From assembly GCA_963773065.1 (NCBI GenBank), contig CAVYZN010000022.1, forward strand, positions 13,113 through 77,112: DNA of 64,000 nt, written 5' to 3'. The stretch comes from an uncultured Gammaproteobacteria bacterium. GTDB taxonomy: Bacteria; Pseudomonadota; Gammaproteobacteria; UBA9214. The position numbers and the translations under genes were made by a program. The notes below the pieces were generated by a model. That model saw only the letters and a list, made by a program, of their open reading frames with translations. It searched no databases and was not told the origin of the DNA. Below, piece by piece: positions 37,216 through 49,534 of this stretch; within the stretch, counting starts at the first letter, position 1; each line of letters begins with the position of its first letter.

Positions 37216-37995
37216 ATGTGCAGACTCGCCGCCTACCTCGGCCCCGGGATACCGCTGCAGCAGTTTCTGCTGGAGCCGGCGCACAGTCTGTACCAGCAGG
37301 CCCGGGAACCACGGGAACTCAAGTATGCGAAGCTCAATGCGGACGGTTACGGCTTCGCCTGGTACGGCCCGGATGGACGCCCCGCGGCCTATACCAGCGT
37401 CTTGCCCATCTGGTCGGATCACAACCTGCCCCACCTCGCCCGCACCCTGATAAGCCCGTTGTGGCTGGCCGACGTGCGCAGTGCGACCGCCGGCCAGCCG
37501 GTACACCCGTTCAACACGCCGCCGTTCCATGATGAACAGTACCTGTTCGCGCACAACGGCTTCATCCGGGAATTTCACCTCCAGGTGCGCCCCGCGATGA
37601 ACGAGATGCTCTCCCCCGCCATCGCCGCGGCTATCCATGGCAACACGGATTCCGAATATCTCTTCGCCTGCCTGCGGCAACTGCTCGAGGACGACCCGGA
37701 TCTCCCCCTGAGCGATGCCCTGTCTGAACTCTTCGAGCGGCTGGCGGAATGGGTCGATGAGGAGCAGGCGCTGCTCAATATCATCGTCACCGAGGGTGAC
37801 CGGCTCTATGCCGCCCGGCACGCGCTCAACGACGAATGCCCTTCCCTCTATTACACCACCGATGACGAGATGTTTCCCGGCGGCCAACTGGTGGCCTCGG
37901 AACCTTTCACGGCCGACAGCTTCTGGCTGCCCGTTCCCGATCATCACATCCTGATCCTGGATGCGCAAAACCCGCCCGAGCTGCTGGAGCTTTAG
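37216..37995 (+). CDS. Class II glutamine amidotransferase, EgtC-like
   Basis: MCRLAAYLG, NADGYGFAWY, VRSAT, FAHNG, GNTDSE, VASEPF. Confidence 0.82.
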   Translation: MCRLAAYLGPGIPLQQFLLEPAHSLYQQAREPRELKYAKLNADGYGFAWYGPDGRPAAYTSVLPIWSDHNLPHLARTLISPLWLADVRSATAGQPVHPFNTPPFHDEQYLFAHNGFIREFHLQVRPAMNEMLSPAIAAAIHGNTDSEYLFACLRQLLEDDPDLPLSDALSELFERLAEWVDEEQALLNIIVTEGDRLYAARHALNDECPSLYYTTDDEMFPGGQLVASEPFTADSFWLPVPDHHILILDAQNPPELLEL

Positions 37996-38000
37996 CCCGG

Positions 38001-38046
38001 GTGAATACTCCACCGGCGAAAGCCGGTGGCTTCGGGTTACAGCTGA
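38001..38046. mobile_element. Isolated IS200/IS605-type end hairpin
   Basis: gtgaatactccaccggcgaaagccggtggcttcgggttacagctga nearly identical to 55718-55763, which abuts a tnpA remnant. Confidence 0.6.
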
Positions 38047-38085
38047 TGTCGCTGAGCAGCACCTGAAAAGCGCGTTGCCAGGCCG

Positions 38086-38235
38086 TCAGGCCGCGGCCAC
38101 CACCGGCGCGCCCGCGGTCAGCCGCGCGATAAATTCCTCCAGCGACATATCCAGCCGCTCGACGCCCTGCCCGGCGAGAAAACGCTGCTCGTTGCGCGTG
38201 AGCGGGAATCACCACCCAGTGGCGCGCCGACGAAT
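38086..38235 (-). pseudogene. 3' remnant resembling SIR2-like proteins of nif clusters
   Basis: SSARHWVVIP / PLTRNEQRFLAGQGVERLDMSLEEF...*; family match is from recall only. Confidence 0.45.
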
Positions 38236-38437
38236 CTGTCAGCACAAGTGCAAGGGGAAGGAATGCACTGCGTGCTGTCCGGCCTGCTGCTATCTCGAGG
38301 AAGGCACAGGCAACGTGGTGCTAATCACCGACAGCTGCCTTGAATGCGGCACCTGCCGCATCATCTGCACCGAACACCGCAACGTCGACTGGGAATATCC
38401 GCGCGGCGGTTACGGCGTGCTGTTCAAGTTCGGTTAG
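38234..38437 (+). pseudogene. fixX: 5'-truncated FixX-type ferredoxin
   Basis: CTACCPACCY...CLECGTCRIIC...WEYPRGGYGVLFKFG* is the FixX signature; no start/N-terminus. Confidence 0.75.
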
Positions 38438-38447
38438 GCACGACGAT

Positions 38448-38584
38448 GTAGGCGTAGCCCGGATTGAGCGAAAGCGAAACCCGGGTTTGGGGAATCCGTC
38501 CATGGACTCCGCCCTGCGGGCCAGCCTGCGGCTGTCCAACATCGCTCCCGGCGATGTTGTCAGTCCGTTCAACCCAAGCTACGG
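38448..38584. repeat. GTAG-type REP-like palindrome with nested hairpins
   Basis: gtagcccggattgagcg ... ttcaacccaagctac outer arms; inner acatcgctcccggcgatgt hairpin. Confidence 0.55.
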
Positions 38585-38648
38585 CGCAGATCCTGACCGT
38601 AATCCGGGCGCCTTTCACGCGTCCCTTACACGTGACGCAGGTTGACGG

Positions 38649-39935
38649 CTACAGCCCAAGCTCCGCCCCACCGATCTCACGCGCGTGCCTGAACGCGCTG
38701 CTTACCTTATCGATCTCGGCAGTGGAAACGCCATAGTCCTCGAAGCGGCCTTTCCACTCGCGCACGACGCGCCAGAGCCTGTCGACAATCGCCAGCGCCT
38801 GGTCGCGGGTGAGTCCGAAACGGGCGGCCCAGCCCATGGCGTTGGTGAGCGTGGCCAAGCGCCCTTGCGGGCCGATGCCGAGGTGCAGGAAGCGATCCGA
38901 CGCATGCGTAGGCCGGGGCACTACGTCATAGAGCGGGCTCAATACCCATCCCCGCGCTTCGGGTTCCAACAGCAGCCCATGGTTGCGCAGGTGATCGTCG
39001 TCGTTGGTCACTAGAATGTTGAATACCATCCGCGCGAATAGTTCTTCCAGGTCCGCGGCGATTCGCCGGGCGGCGCCATGGCGGCGCAAGGCATCCGCGA
39101 TATCGGCGTAGTTTTTTTGGGGCGAGTCCTGCTCCGGGCAGCCGACGAGCGTGAGCGCGCTGATGAAATGTCGCCGGGTCATCGCACCGCCAACGCCCAC
39201 ACGGTCGAAACGTTCGATCAGCAGGATGTGCTGTCCCGCACCGATCTCGATCATGTCGATCCGCGGCACGGTGAGACCGGCCGCGCCCGCGAGCTTGAGC
39301 GTGGCCGCTTCCACGACGGGGACATCGTAGCCGTCCGAGCGCGACGGAAACTTCGCGAGCCAGAGCTTTCCTTCCGCATCCGCCACCGCCGCCTTGGGCC
39401 GCGCCCCGCCGAGCGAGCTGCCCGCATCGAAGAAGGCTGCAAGACGCGCGGGAACAGACAGTCCGGCTTCGATGCGCTGGGCGGCTTCGAGAAAGTAGTC
39501 CAGCTTGCGAATGTCTCCGAGTTCGCCTCCGGCCTCGCCCACGTCGAGGCCGGTGCGCACGTCCAGCGCGCCCACCCGGTTGGCGCCTGCCGCGAGCAGA
39601 TAGTCCGATTCGGGCAGGCTGTTCTGCGGCACCTTGCGCCGCGCTTCGATGACGCGCCGGCCCCAGGCGTCAGGCGCCGCGTCGCGGATGGCGCCGAACA
39701 AGGTAAGCCCCGCCACGGGATGCAGCACGACACCGCGCACGGCATCCTTGTTGCGCAAACCGAGACTCACCGGGTCGATCTCGATGGCGTTGGGGCGATC
39801 GAGATAACGCAAGCCGTAAACGAAGCCGGCGCCCTTCTGTGTCGTCCCTTCCTCTTCCAGGGTGAGCAGTCCCGCCGGAACGGCCGTCGGCTCGCCTGGG
39901 AGATAGGCAAAGACCGCCAGTTCCCTAGAAGTCAT
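38649..39935 (-). CDS. HipA-family kinase toxin
   Basis: DAAPDAWG, SLGGARPKA, AKFP, LLIERFDR, NDDDHLRNHG, LSPLYDVVP. Confidence 0.9.
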   Translation of the reverse strand: MTSRELAVFAYLPGEPTAVPAGLLTLEEEGTTQKGAGFVYGLRYLDRPNAIEIDPVSLGLRNKDAVRGVVLHPVAGLTLFGAIRDAAPDAWGRRVIEARRKVPQNSLPESDYLLAAGANRVGALDVRTGLDVGEAGGELGDIRKLDYFLEAAQRIEAGLSVPARLAAFFDAGSSLGGARPKAAVADAEGKLWLAKFPSRSDGYDVPVVEAATLKLAGAAGLTVPRIDMIEIGAGQHILLIERFDRVGVGGAMTRRHFISALTLVGCPEQDSPQKNYADIADALRRHGAARRIAADLEELFARMVFNILVTNDDDHLRNHGLLLEPEARGWVLSPLYDVVPRPTHASDRFLHLGIGPQGRLATLTNAMGWAARFGLTRDQALAIVDRLWRVVREWKGRFEDYGVSTAEIDKVSSAFRHAREIGGAELGL

Positions 39936-40266
39936 AGTGCTTGAGCGCCTTGGGGGAGAGTTTGCGGGCGCGCTGCCGCTTCTCCGCGCTTTCCAGCATG
40001 GCGAGGGCGGCGTCTTGCGTCTCGTACAAACGGCCCAGATTCGCGCCGGGGACGATGACGTCCAGATAACGCACGATCTGGCCGATGGCGACGGCCGCAT
40101 CTCCATGCTCGATGCGCGAAGCGGTCTCGCGGCTGATATTCGCACGCACGGCCGCTTCGGCCTGCAGCAGACGACGGGCCTTGCGCAGGCGCGCGAGGTG
40201 CTCGCCGAGATGCTTGAGCCCCTGGGCGAGATGCGGGGGCATTGAAATGTTTTGCGCTTTTTTCAT
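39925..40266 (-). CDS. XRE/HTH protein, putative HipB-like antitoxin
   Basis: LGEHLARLRKARRLLQAEAAVRANISRETASRIEHG; overlaps the start of the HipA gene. Confidence 0.82.
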   Translation of the reverse strand: MKKAQNISMPPHLAQGLKHLGEHLARLRKARRLLQAEAAVRANISRETASRIEHGDAAVAIGQIVRYLDVIVPGANLGRLYETQDAALAMLESAEKRQRARKLSPKALKHYDF

Positions 40267-40452
40267 ATGGCTTATTTCCTGCACAACAACATTAATGACG
40301 GATTTAAGCCATATTAGATATAGAGTAAGCGCTGGTCAAGGAGATGGATGCATATAGCCGTCATTACCCAATTACAGTCGGATATTAGGCATAACCATAC
40401 TATTCCCTTGCAGGTTGTTATCACCGAGTGCGCTCTGGCTCCCTTGCGATAT

Positions 40453-41532
40453 TCAACCCACCAACGCCACCGCCTTGATCTGTGCCCACAGGGTCTGGCC
40501 CGGGCGCAGGTTCAGGTTGGCGGCGGAGCGCCGCGTGAGGCGCGCGACCAGCGGGACGCCGCCGGCGTTGAGGCGCACCAAGGCCAGCGCGGGATGGGTG
40601 TCGTCGGCGATCTGCTCGACCGTCGCGGGCAGGACGTTGAGGATGCTGCTGTCGCCGTGGGTTTCCAGCGCCAGGCTGATGTCGCGCGCCAGGATGCGCA
40701 CGCGCACGCGTTGACCGATCGGCACGCCGCTGTCGCGCACCCAGAGATGTCCGCCGGGGAAGGCGATGCGCGCCAGATGCCATTGCGCGTCGCGTTCGGC
40801 CACCGCGCCTTCCAGCACCACGCCGGTGTCTTCGCCGAGCCGGATGGGCAGATCGATCCGCGCCAGGGTTTCGCTCAACGGACCGCTGGCGAGCACGCGG
40901 CCCTGTTCCAACACCACCAGATGATCGGCCAGATGCGCGACCTCGTCGGGCGCGTGGCTGACGTAGATCACCGGGATTTCCAGCTCATCGTGCAGGCGTT
41001 CCAGATAGGGCAGGATTTCCTGCTTGCGCGCGAGATCCAGGGCCGCGAGCGGTTCGTCCATGAGCAGCAGTTGCGGACTGGTGAGCAGGGCGCGGGCGAT
41101 GGCCACGCGCTGGCGTTCGCCGCCCGAGAGCCGCGCCGGCAAGCGGCCCAGCAACGAATCGATGCCCAGCAGATCGATCACCGATTGCATGTTCACCGCG
41201 CGTGCGCCCGCCGCGCACGCGTTTGAGTCCGTATTCCAGATTGCGGCGGACACCGACAGATGCGCAAACAGACTGGCCTCCTGGAACACATAACCCAATG
41301 GCCGACGATGCGTGGGCAGAAAAATCCCCTGCGCGTCGTCCTGCCAGATCGCGCCGTTCACTTCCAGATAACCGCCGGGCGCGCGCTCCAGTCCGGCGAT
41401 GGCGCGCAGGCAGGTGGTCTTGCCGGAACCCGAGACACCGAACAGCGCGCTGACGCCGCGTCCGGGCAGTTGCAGATCCACATCCAGACGGAAGCCGGGA
41501 TGATTGATGCGAAAGCGCGCGCGGATGCTCAT
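40453..41532 (-). CDS. modC: Molybdate ABC transporter ATPase (frameshifted)
   Basis: [31 protein letters not shown]-terminal TOBE/Mop region. Confidence 0.92.
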   Translation of the reverse strand: MSIRARFRINHPGFRLDVDLQLPGRGVSALFGVSGSGKTTCLRAIAGLERAPGGYLEVNGAIWQDDAQGIFLPTHRRPLGYVFQEASLFAHLSVSAAIWNTDSNACAAGARAVNMQSVIDLLGIDSLLGRLPARLSGGERQRVAIARALLTSPQLLLMDEPLAALDLARKQEILPYLERLHDELEIPVIYVSHAPDEVAHLADHLVVLEQGRVLASGPLSETLARIDLPIRLGEDTGVVLEGAVAERDAQWHLARIAFPGGHLWVRDSGVPIGQRVRVRILARDISLALETHGDSSILNVLPATVEQIADDTHPALALVRLNAGGVPLVARLTRRSAANLNLRPGQTLWAQIKAVALVG

Positions 41533-42212
41533 GTGCGCCGCCGGCCCGGATTCAGGGTATACAGCGCCAGCAGCACCAGGAACGCGAACAGCACCATGCC
41601 CGCCGACAGCCAATGCGCCTGGGTGTATTCCAGCGCCTCGACGTGATCGTAGATCTGCACGGAGACCACGCGGGTCTTGCCGGGTATGTTGCCGCCGATC
41701 ATCAGCACCACGCCGAATTCACCGACGGTGTGCGCGAAACCCAGGATGGTGGCGGTGAGGAAACCGGGTTTCGCGAGCGGCAGCGCCACCGTGAAGAAGG
41801 CATCGAGCGGCGCGGCGCGCAGTGTCGCCGCGGCTTCCAGCGGGCGTTCACCGATGGCGTCGAAGGCATTCTGCAGCGGCTGCACCACGAACGGCATTGA
41901 ATACAGCACCGAACCCACCACCAGACCCGCGAAGGTAAACGGCAGCACGCCCAGCCCGAGTGCCTGCGTCAGTTGGCCGATCGGCCCGTTGGGCCCGAGC
42001 GTCACCAAGAGATAGAAACCCAGCACCGAGGGCGGCAGCACGATGGGCAACGCGACCAGCGCACCGACCGGGCCTTTCCACGCGGAACGCGTGCGCGAAA
42101 GCCACCAGGCGATGGGCGTGCCGATCAGCAGGAGTATCACCGTGACCACCGTGGCCAGCTTCAGGGTCAGCCAGATCGCGGACAGGTCGGCGGCGCTGAA
42201 GATGGGATCCAT
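41529..42212 (-). CDS. modB: Molybdate ABC transporter permease
   Basis: [35 protein letters not shown]. Confidence 0.95.
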   Translation of the reverse strand: MDPIFSAADLSAIWLTLKLATVVTVILLLIGTPIAWWLSRTRSAWKGPVGALVALPIVLPPSVLGFYLLVTLGPNGPIGQLTQALGLGVLPFTFAGLVVGSVLYSMPFVVQPLQNAFDAIGERPLEAAATLRAAPLDAFFTVALPLAKPGFLTATILGFAHTVGEFGVVLMIGGNIPGKTRVVSVQIYDHVEALEYTQAHWLSAGMVLFAFLVLLALYTLNPGRRRT

Positions 42213-42221
42213 GGAAGTTCA

Positions 42222-43175
<954 letters not shown>

Positions 43176-43253
43176 TCATGCCCGGCAGGGGTACTCCCGC
43201 CCCGGCGGGTAAAGGAGATTAGCTCCTGCAGTCGTTTTTGCTCGGTACTATCT

Positions 43254-45533
43254 CTACACTGCGGTTTGTCTGCTCGTCAAAACCCCAGCCTCCTCAAGCG
43301 CGCCATTCAGCAGGCGGTGGATGGCAAATCCGTCCTCCATTCCGAGTGCCTCGTCAAGGAGTGAGCGCGCCCGCTGCAGCGTGAAACTTCGAATGGCCAG
43401 TTTGACGCGCGCAAGACTCGCGGGGCTCATACTCAGGGCATCGACCCCCATCCCCAGAAGCAACAGCGCCCCCGCCGGATCACCCGCCATTTCGCCACAT
43501 ACGCTGACCGGCTTGCCTTGCAGGTGCGCCCCTTTGATGACATGGTGGATGGCATTGAGGACGGCCGGATGCAGACTGTCGTACGGAGTCGCCACCTGCG
43601 CGTTGTTCCTGTCCACGGCCAGCAGGTACTGGGTGAGATCATTCGTCCCCACCGAGAGAAAATCCACGCGTTCCGCCAGGGCGGTTGCCAAAAAGACGGC
43701 GGAGGGTACTTCAATCATCACCCCCACGCGGAGTTTTTCCGCGGCCCGGCCTTCTTCCAGCAGTTCCCGATAAGCGCGTGCCAGCAGCCCCAGAGCCTCG
43801 TCCAGTTCACCGACTCTGCTGATCATGGGAAAGAGGACTTGCAGGTTATTAAGACCGGCGTTGGCTCGCAACATGGCGCGCAATTGAATAAGGAAGATCT
43901 CCGGGTGATCAAGCGAGAACCGGATCCCACGACAACCCAGAAACGGGTTGTCCTCCCGCACGGGGAAATAGGGCAGGATTTTGTCACCGCCTACGTCGAG
44001 CGTGCGCAGGGTCACGGGTCTCGGTGTGAAGTCTTCCAGCACCTGGCGATAGATCTGGTACTGCTCGTCCTCGAGCGGAAAGGCTTCACGCAACAGAAAG
44101 TGATATTCAGTACGATACAGACCGACACCTTCGGCGCCGCTGTCTCTTGCGGCAACGGTATCGGAGACCAGCCCGATATTCGCATACAGCGGCAGCCGGC
44201 TACCGTCTGGCGTTTCGGCCGGCAGGTCACGCAGCGCCATGAGCCGTTCGGATCGGGCCCGCTCTTCGCCAATGAGATGCCGGAACGCATCGAGCACGGC
44301 GGGTGACGGTTCTATGTAAATGCGCCCCTGGTCACCATCGATCACCATCTCGCAGCCGTCCAAACGGCCGATGGGCAGGGGCGCGAGGCTCACGACGGCG
44401 GGGATGCCCAGGGCGCGCGCCATAACGGCGGTGTGGGACAGGGCCGAACCGTGCAGGCAGACGATGCCGGCGAGTTGTCCAACCGGCACGGCGGCGATTT
44501 CCGTTATGCTCACCGTATCACCCACCAGGACGCACTGTTGCGGGTACTGTCTCGACTCTTTGGCCTCTGCCTGGAGCTGAAGAAGGACACGCTGGCCTAG
44601 CGCGCGAATGTCTTCCGCACCCGCGCGCAGGTAGGGGTCTTCCATCTGTTCGAATACCTGTGCATGATCGGCAATGGTGCCCCGCCATGCCCCCGGGGCC
44701 CAGTTGCCGGCGCGGATCCGCGCGAGGGCGTCTGACACTAAACCGTCACTGCCCAGCAACTTGCCATAGACATCGAACAAGGCGCGCACCTCGCTGGGCA
44801 AATCAGCGGCCAGGCGCTCGCTGCTGGCGCGCAGTTCCTCATGAACGGCGGCAACCGCGGACTTGAAGGTGGTCTCTTCGGCATCGATGTCCTGGGCCGG
44901 GCGATCCGGTATCGATTCCAGCCTGGCCAGTGGATCGAGCAGTGCGGCGGTGCCGATGGCCACGCCGGCAGCCATCTGAATCCCCTGGATGAAGGCGACC
45001 CCCTGCACCTCCCCGCTCAGCATCCTGCTGACTTCGTCGACTGCCGCCGCTTCGTGGATAGCCTTTGCCAGTTGCGCTGCAATCGTGACGAAAAAAGTCA
45101 CCTCGTCCTTATCGAACTGGCCCTGTGCCCGTTTCCAGGCCACCAACACGCCCAGGACCTGGTGATAATGGATCAACGGTACGCCGAGAAAGGATTGATA
45201 ATGTTCTTCTCCTGTTGCGGAAGATGGGTGGTAGCGTGGGTGAGCCGCCGCGTCCGACACAGTAATCAGCTCGCGGCGTTCTCCGACCAGACCCAGAAGG
45301 CCCTCCTGTCGATCTATGCGGACCTCGCCTATGGACGCCGGGTTAAAACCATCTGCTGCCATCAAGACGTATTGATTGCTTTCCACATCGGTCAGATACA
45401 CGGCGCAGGCATCGATTGGCTGGGCATCCTTGACCCGGCGAACAATGATGCCCAGGGCGTCATCCAGATTTGTTGCGGCGCTGACTTCCTGTACGATTTG
45501 TCGCAAAGTAACAAGCATCGAATGGATTGGCAT
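43254..45533 (-). CDS. ptsP: PEP-protein phosphotransferase with N-terminal GAF domain (EI-Ntr)
   Basis: GAF domain, SHTAVMARA phospho-His, GVGLYRTE, RTLDVGGDK, SVGTNDLTQY, CGEMAGDP. Confidence 0.9.
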   Translation of the reverse strand: MPIHSMLVTLRQIVQEVSAATNLDDALGIIVRRVKDAQPIDACAVYLTDVESNQYVLMAADGFNPASIGEVRIDRQEGLLGLVGERRELITVSDAAAHPRYHPSSATGEEHYQSFLGVPLIHYHQVLGVLVAWKRAQGQFDKDEVTFFVTIAAQLAKAIHEAAAVDEVSRMLSGEVQGVAFIQGIQMAAGVAIGTAALLDPLARLESIPDRPAQDIDAEETTFKSAVAAVHEELRASSERLAADLPSEVRALFDVYGKLLGSDGLVSDALARIRAGNWAPGAWRGTIADHAQVFEQMEDPYLRAGAEDIRALGQRVLLQLQAEAKESRQYPQQCVLVGDTVSITEIAAVPVGQLAGIVCLHGSALSHTAVMARALGIPAVVSLAPLPIGRLDGCEMVIDGDQGRIYIEPSPAVLDAFRHLIGEERARSERLMALRDLPAETPDGSRLPLYANIGLVSDTVAARDSGAEGVGLYRTEYHFLLREAFPLEDEQYQIYRQVLEDFTPRPVTLRTLDVGGDKILPYFPVREDNPFLGCRGIRFSLDHPEIFLIQLRAMLRANAGLNNLQVLFPMISRVGELDEALGLLARAYRELLEEGRAAEKLRVGVMIEVPSAVFLATALAERVDFLSVGTNDLTQYLLAVDRNNAQVATPYDSLHPAVLNAIHHVIKGAHLQGKPVSVCGEMAGDPAGALLLLGMGVDALSMSPASLARVKLAIRSFTLQRARSLLDEALGMEDGFAIHRLLNGALEEAGVLTSRQTAV

Positions 45534-45566
45534 GCCGTCTGGAAAAACCGGCGCACGTGAATTTAT

Positions 45567-46887
45567 GCCTCTTTTGAAATCTGAGTGGCTAGCCGTATTC
45601 TAGGCGCACCTACTGATAATCGATAGGATCACGATGAACGAGAGGCTTTTTGAAACAGCCCTGGGCATTGCCGAGCCGTGGCATGTGGCATCCGTTGACT
45701 TGGACGCGACGGCAAAGACTCTGACCGTAGGCATCGACTTCACTGCTGGCAGCCGGTTCGCTGTGGCTGGTGAGACTGGCGTCCATCCGGTGCACGATAC
45801 GGTCAGCAAGCGTTATCGGCACCTCAATTTCTTCCAGCACGAGTGCTACCTGGAGGTCCGCGTACCCCGCGTGAAGCTGCCTGGTGGCGCGGTGCGCCAG
45901 GTCGAGCCGGGCTGGACCGGGAAGCTCTCGGGCTTCACGCTGCTCTTTGAGGCACTTGTGCTGATGTTGGCGCGCGAGATGCCGTTTGCGGCGGTGGCAC
46001 GTCTCACCGGCGAGAGCTGGCATCGGGTGGCGGCGATTTGCGGGCGCTATGTCGATCTCGCGCTGGCCGAGGCCGACTTCTCCGAGGTCACCCGCCTGGC
46101 CATCGACGAGACCTCGCGAGCCCGCGGCCACGACTATGTCACCCTGGCCGCCGACGCCGAGCGCCGCGCGGTGCTGTTCGTCACCGAAGGCCGTGAGGCC
46201 GAGGCGATCCGGCGGCTGGCCGAGGATCTCCCGGGCCCATGGTGCCGACATTGATGCCATCGACTCGGTCAGCATCGACATGTCGCCGGCCTTCATCAAG
46301 GGCTGCGCCGAGAGTCTTCCCAATGCCCGGATCACCTTCGACAAGTTCCATGTGATCGCCCACGCCTCCAGGGCCCTGGACGAGACCCGGCGCATCGAGC
46401 AGAAAACCACGCCCGGCCTCAAGGGGTTGCGCTGGAAGCTGCTGCGCAATTACGGAACTCTCAGCGACACCGCCCGCGCGGAAGTCGACAACCTGCTCGC
46501 CAAACTCACCACGAAGCGGACCGCCCGAGCGTGGGTGTACCGTGAGCAGTTGCGCGAGATCCTCGATCGCAAACAGATCAACGTGGTCGCCGCCATGCTC
46601 TGGCAGTGGTGTACCAATGTCATGCGCTCCAAAGTCGAACCCATGAAGGAAGTTGCCAAACTGATCCGCAACCATTTCGAGGGCATCATTGCCTGGGCGC
46701 AGACCCGTCAGACCAATGGTTTCCTGGAGGCACTGAACGGGCTGTTCCAGTCCGCCAAGCGCAAAGCGCGCGGCTACGGTCGGTTCAGCACGATCCGTAC
46801 TGTGATTTTCCTGATCGCCGGCAAACTCGACTTCTCCAAACTCAACCCACATGTGGCGCATTAACCCACTCGGAATTCAAAAGAGCC
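45567..46887 (+). mobile_element. ISL3-family element A, copy 1 (transposase 45634-46864 with an extra C near 46230)
   Basis: Terminal IRs gcctcttttgaaatctgagtgg / ccactcggaattcaaaagagcc; flanks gaatttat / gaattata (imperfect TSD); near-identical to copy 2. Confidence 0.92.
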
Positions 46888-46890
46888 GAA

Positions 46891-47055
46891 TTATACACCC
46901 TTGAAGGGAGCCTGGGCCTCATGTTGAGGCGCGGTGCCAGGCAAGCGGTCATATAAATCACCCGCTGCGCCCGTGAGAACCATGTAAACATTGAAAATGA
47001 TGACGCCTGCCGTGAACAGCAGGGCAAAGCTGAGTCTTTTTTCAGTCGCACTCAT
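46891..47055 (-). CDS. Small single-TM protein (54 aa), not in ORF track
   Basis: MSATEKRLSFALLFTAGVIIFNVYMVLTGAAGDLYDRLPG...FKGV*; upstream of ptsP once the IS is removed. Confidence 0.5.
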   Translation of the reverse strand: MSATEKRLSFALLFTAGVIIFNVYMVLTGAAGDLYDRLPGTAPQHEAQAPFKGV

Positions 47056-47904
47056 TGTCCTGGCACCCTCTTATACATGTTCAGTCATTGGGGTTCCGGC
47101 GTGACGCGTGGTGTCGTGGGGATACAGACCACTGAGCACCGCTATCGCAGCGCTAAGCGGCGCAATTGGCCGAAATAATGTCTGTTGCCCTGAGACACCC
47201 ACGCGGGGTTCACTGAACTGGGGACAAGGTCGGACGTCGTTTACGTTGTGGTGAACAGTTGCCGTAACGGCGAAGCGGCGGGATCCTTTGCTATGAGCCG
47301 GACGTGTAATCCTTTACCTATGCACGCAAGGCAGCACTTCTTGGATCTGCTTGCGAGAGCATCTGGTTATTATCATAGTTCACTATGCGAGAGTGTCAAT
47401 CAGGGCAAACACCTGCCTCGACGAACCGCGGGGCTATCGCTCGCCGGTCGGTTCGGCTGAAGATGGCTGACCCGGCTGACGCAAGCTCTCATCCGCGCCT
47501 CGGCAGCAATCACGCTATCCACACAGAGACCACCGCTTATACACGTACACGGCAGCCCCCCAGGGTTACCGAGCAGCCCTTAGAATGACGATAAGCGGGT
47601 ACGCTGTAATGCGGGTTAACTACCGTTCTTTTATTAAATCGGACCCACTATCTGGGCAGAGAGATTTTTCGCCACCACTTTCGAGAGTACGTCTCGAGAA
47701 TTGAGTTTTGTCCTGTCGTATTGAACAAGAAGCAGGTGATACCGAAGCGGGCAGAACTCTGCCGAGAACACACCAGTATCTTCCAGGATGGCCGCTTGCA
47801 GGCCATTTCGGGTAATGCCATCCATTGTTTCATTGATATGAACAATAATTTCGACATTATTGTTTATTTGGCTATTCCGCACAAAATGTGGGTAGCCGGT
47901 GTGG

Positions 47905-49505
47905 CTAGTTGAGGTTTTTAAGGAAGATATTTCTTGGCTCTTTTGAATTCCGAGTGGGTTAATGCGCCACATGTGGGTTGAGTTTGGAGAAGTCGAGTTT
48001 GCCGGCGATCAGGAAAATCACAGTACGGATCGTGCTGAACCGACCGTAGCCGCGCGCTTTGCGCTTGGCGGACTGGAACAGCCCGTTCAGTGCCTCCAGG
48101 AAACCATTGGTCTGACGGGTCTGCGCCCAGGCAATGATGCCCTCGAAATGGTTGCGGATCAGTTTGGCAACTTCCTTCATGGGTTCGACTTTGGAGCGCA
48201 TGACATTGGTACACCACTGCCAGAGCATGGCGGCGACCACGTTGATCTGTTTGCGATCGAGGATCTCGCGCAACTGCTCACGGTACACCCACGCTCGGGC
48301 GGTCCGCTTCGTGGTGAGTTTGGCGAGCAGGTTGTCGACTTCCGCGCGGGCGGTGTCGCTGAGAGTTCCGTAATTGCGCAGCAGCTTCCAGCGCAACCCC
48401 TTGAGGCCGGGCGTGGTTTTCTGCTCGATGCGCCGGGTCTCGTCCAGGGCCCTGGAGGCGTGGGCGATCACATGGAACTTGTCGAAGGTGATCCGGGCAT
48501 TGGGAAGACTCTCGGCGCAGCCCTTGATGAAGGCCGGCGACATGTCGATGCTGACCGAGTCGATGGCATCAATGTCGGCACCATGGGCCCGGAGATCCTC
48601 GGCCAGCCGCCGGATCGCCTCGGCCTCACGGCCTTCGGTGACGAACAGCACCGCGCGGCGCTCGGCGTCGGCGGCCAGGGTGACATAGTCGTGGCCGCGG
48701 GCTCGCGAGGTCTCGTCGATGGCCAGGCGGGTGACCTCGGAGAAGTCGGCCTCGGCCAGCGCGAGATCGACATAGCGCCCGCAAATCGCCGCCACCCGAT
48801 GCCAGCTCTCGCCGGTGAGACGTGCCACCGCCGCAAACGGCATCTCGCGCGCCAACATCAGCACAAGTGCCTCAAAGAGCAGCGTGAAGCCCGAGAGCTT
48901 CCCGGTCCAGCCCGGCTCGACCTGGCGCACCGCGCCACCAGGCAGCTTCACGCGGGGTACGCGGACCTCCAGGTAGCACTCGTGCTGGAAGAAATTGAGG
49001 TGCCGATAACGCTTGCTGACCGTATCGTGCACCGGATGGACGCCAGTCTCACCAGCCACAGCGAACCGGCTGCCAGCAGTGAAGTCGATGCCTACGGTCA
49101 GAGTCTTTGCCGTCGCGTCCAAGTCAACGGATGCCACATGCCACGGCTCGGCAATGCCCAGGGCTGTTTCAAAAAGCCTCTCGTTCATCGTGATCCTATC
49201 GATTATCAGTAGGTGCGCCTAGAATACGGCTAGCCACTCAGATTTCAAAAGAGGCTATTTCTTCCTATTTTGACACAGCGTTTGACCTTGGCTTGTCCCT
49301 CTGTGGTGGGCATGAGATGGCCACATTTTCGGCATTGATCAAGTTCAACACGGTAGACATCGATGCGTCTGCCGGCGAGCCTGCCATTAAGATCGACCGG
49401 GTAGGTGGCGATCTTTCGTTTGAGCGAAGTGCTTGAGCACTGCTCGCAGATGCCAGAGGTGGCGTGGGGGTTTTTGCGCTTGAGTAGGGTGAGCCAGTTC
49501 CGCAT
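47905..49505 (-). pseudogene. YgiT/MqsA-type zinc-finger passenger gene of element B, split near its 3' end by element A copy 2
   Basis: CEQC...CRKCG; reading frame ...VKIGRN continues as IFLKNLN* after removing 47936-49263. Confidence 0.65.
47936..49255 (-). mobile_element. ISL3-family element A, copy 2 (intact 409-aa transposase 47959-49188)
   Basis: Same IRs as copy 1; perfect 8-bp TSD tatttctt (47928-47935, 49256-49263); AIDETS, SIDMSPAF, FDKFHV, NGFLEALN motifs. Confidence 0.95.
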
Positions 49506-49534
49506 ACTCCGATTTTCCCAGAACTGGATGATCC

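Noticed and set aside
47400-47575. c-di-GMP-I riboswitch-like words (gggcaaac...gacgcaa...gggttaccga)
   Set aside because: Spacing is far longer than the aptamer, the GNRA-capped stem is not evident, and no same-strand gene follows; an Infernal search with RF01051 would settle it.
45567-49255. Composite transposon formed by two inverted ISL3-A copies
   Set aside because: Copy 2 has its own perfect TSD inside element B and copy 1 has its own near-TSD, so they are independent insertions.
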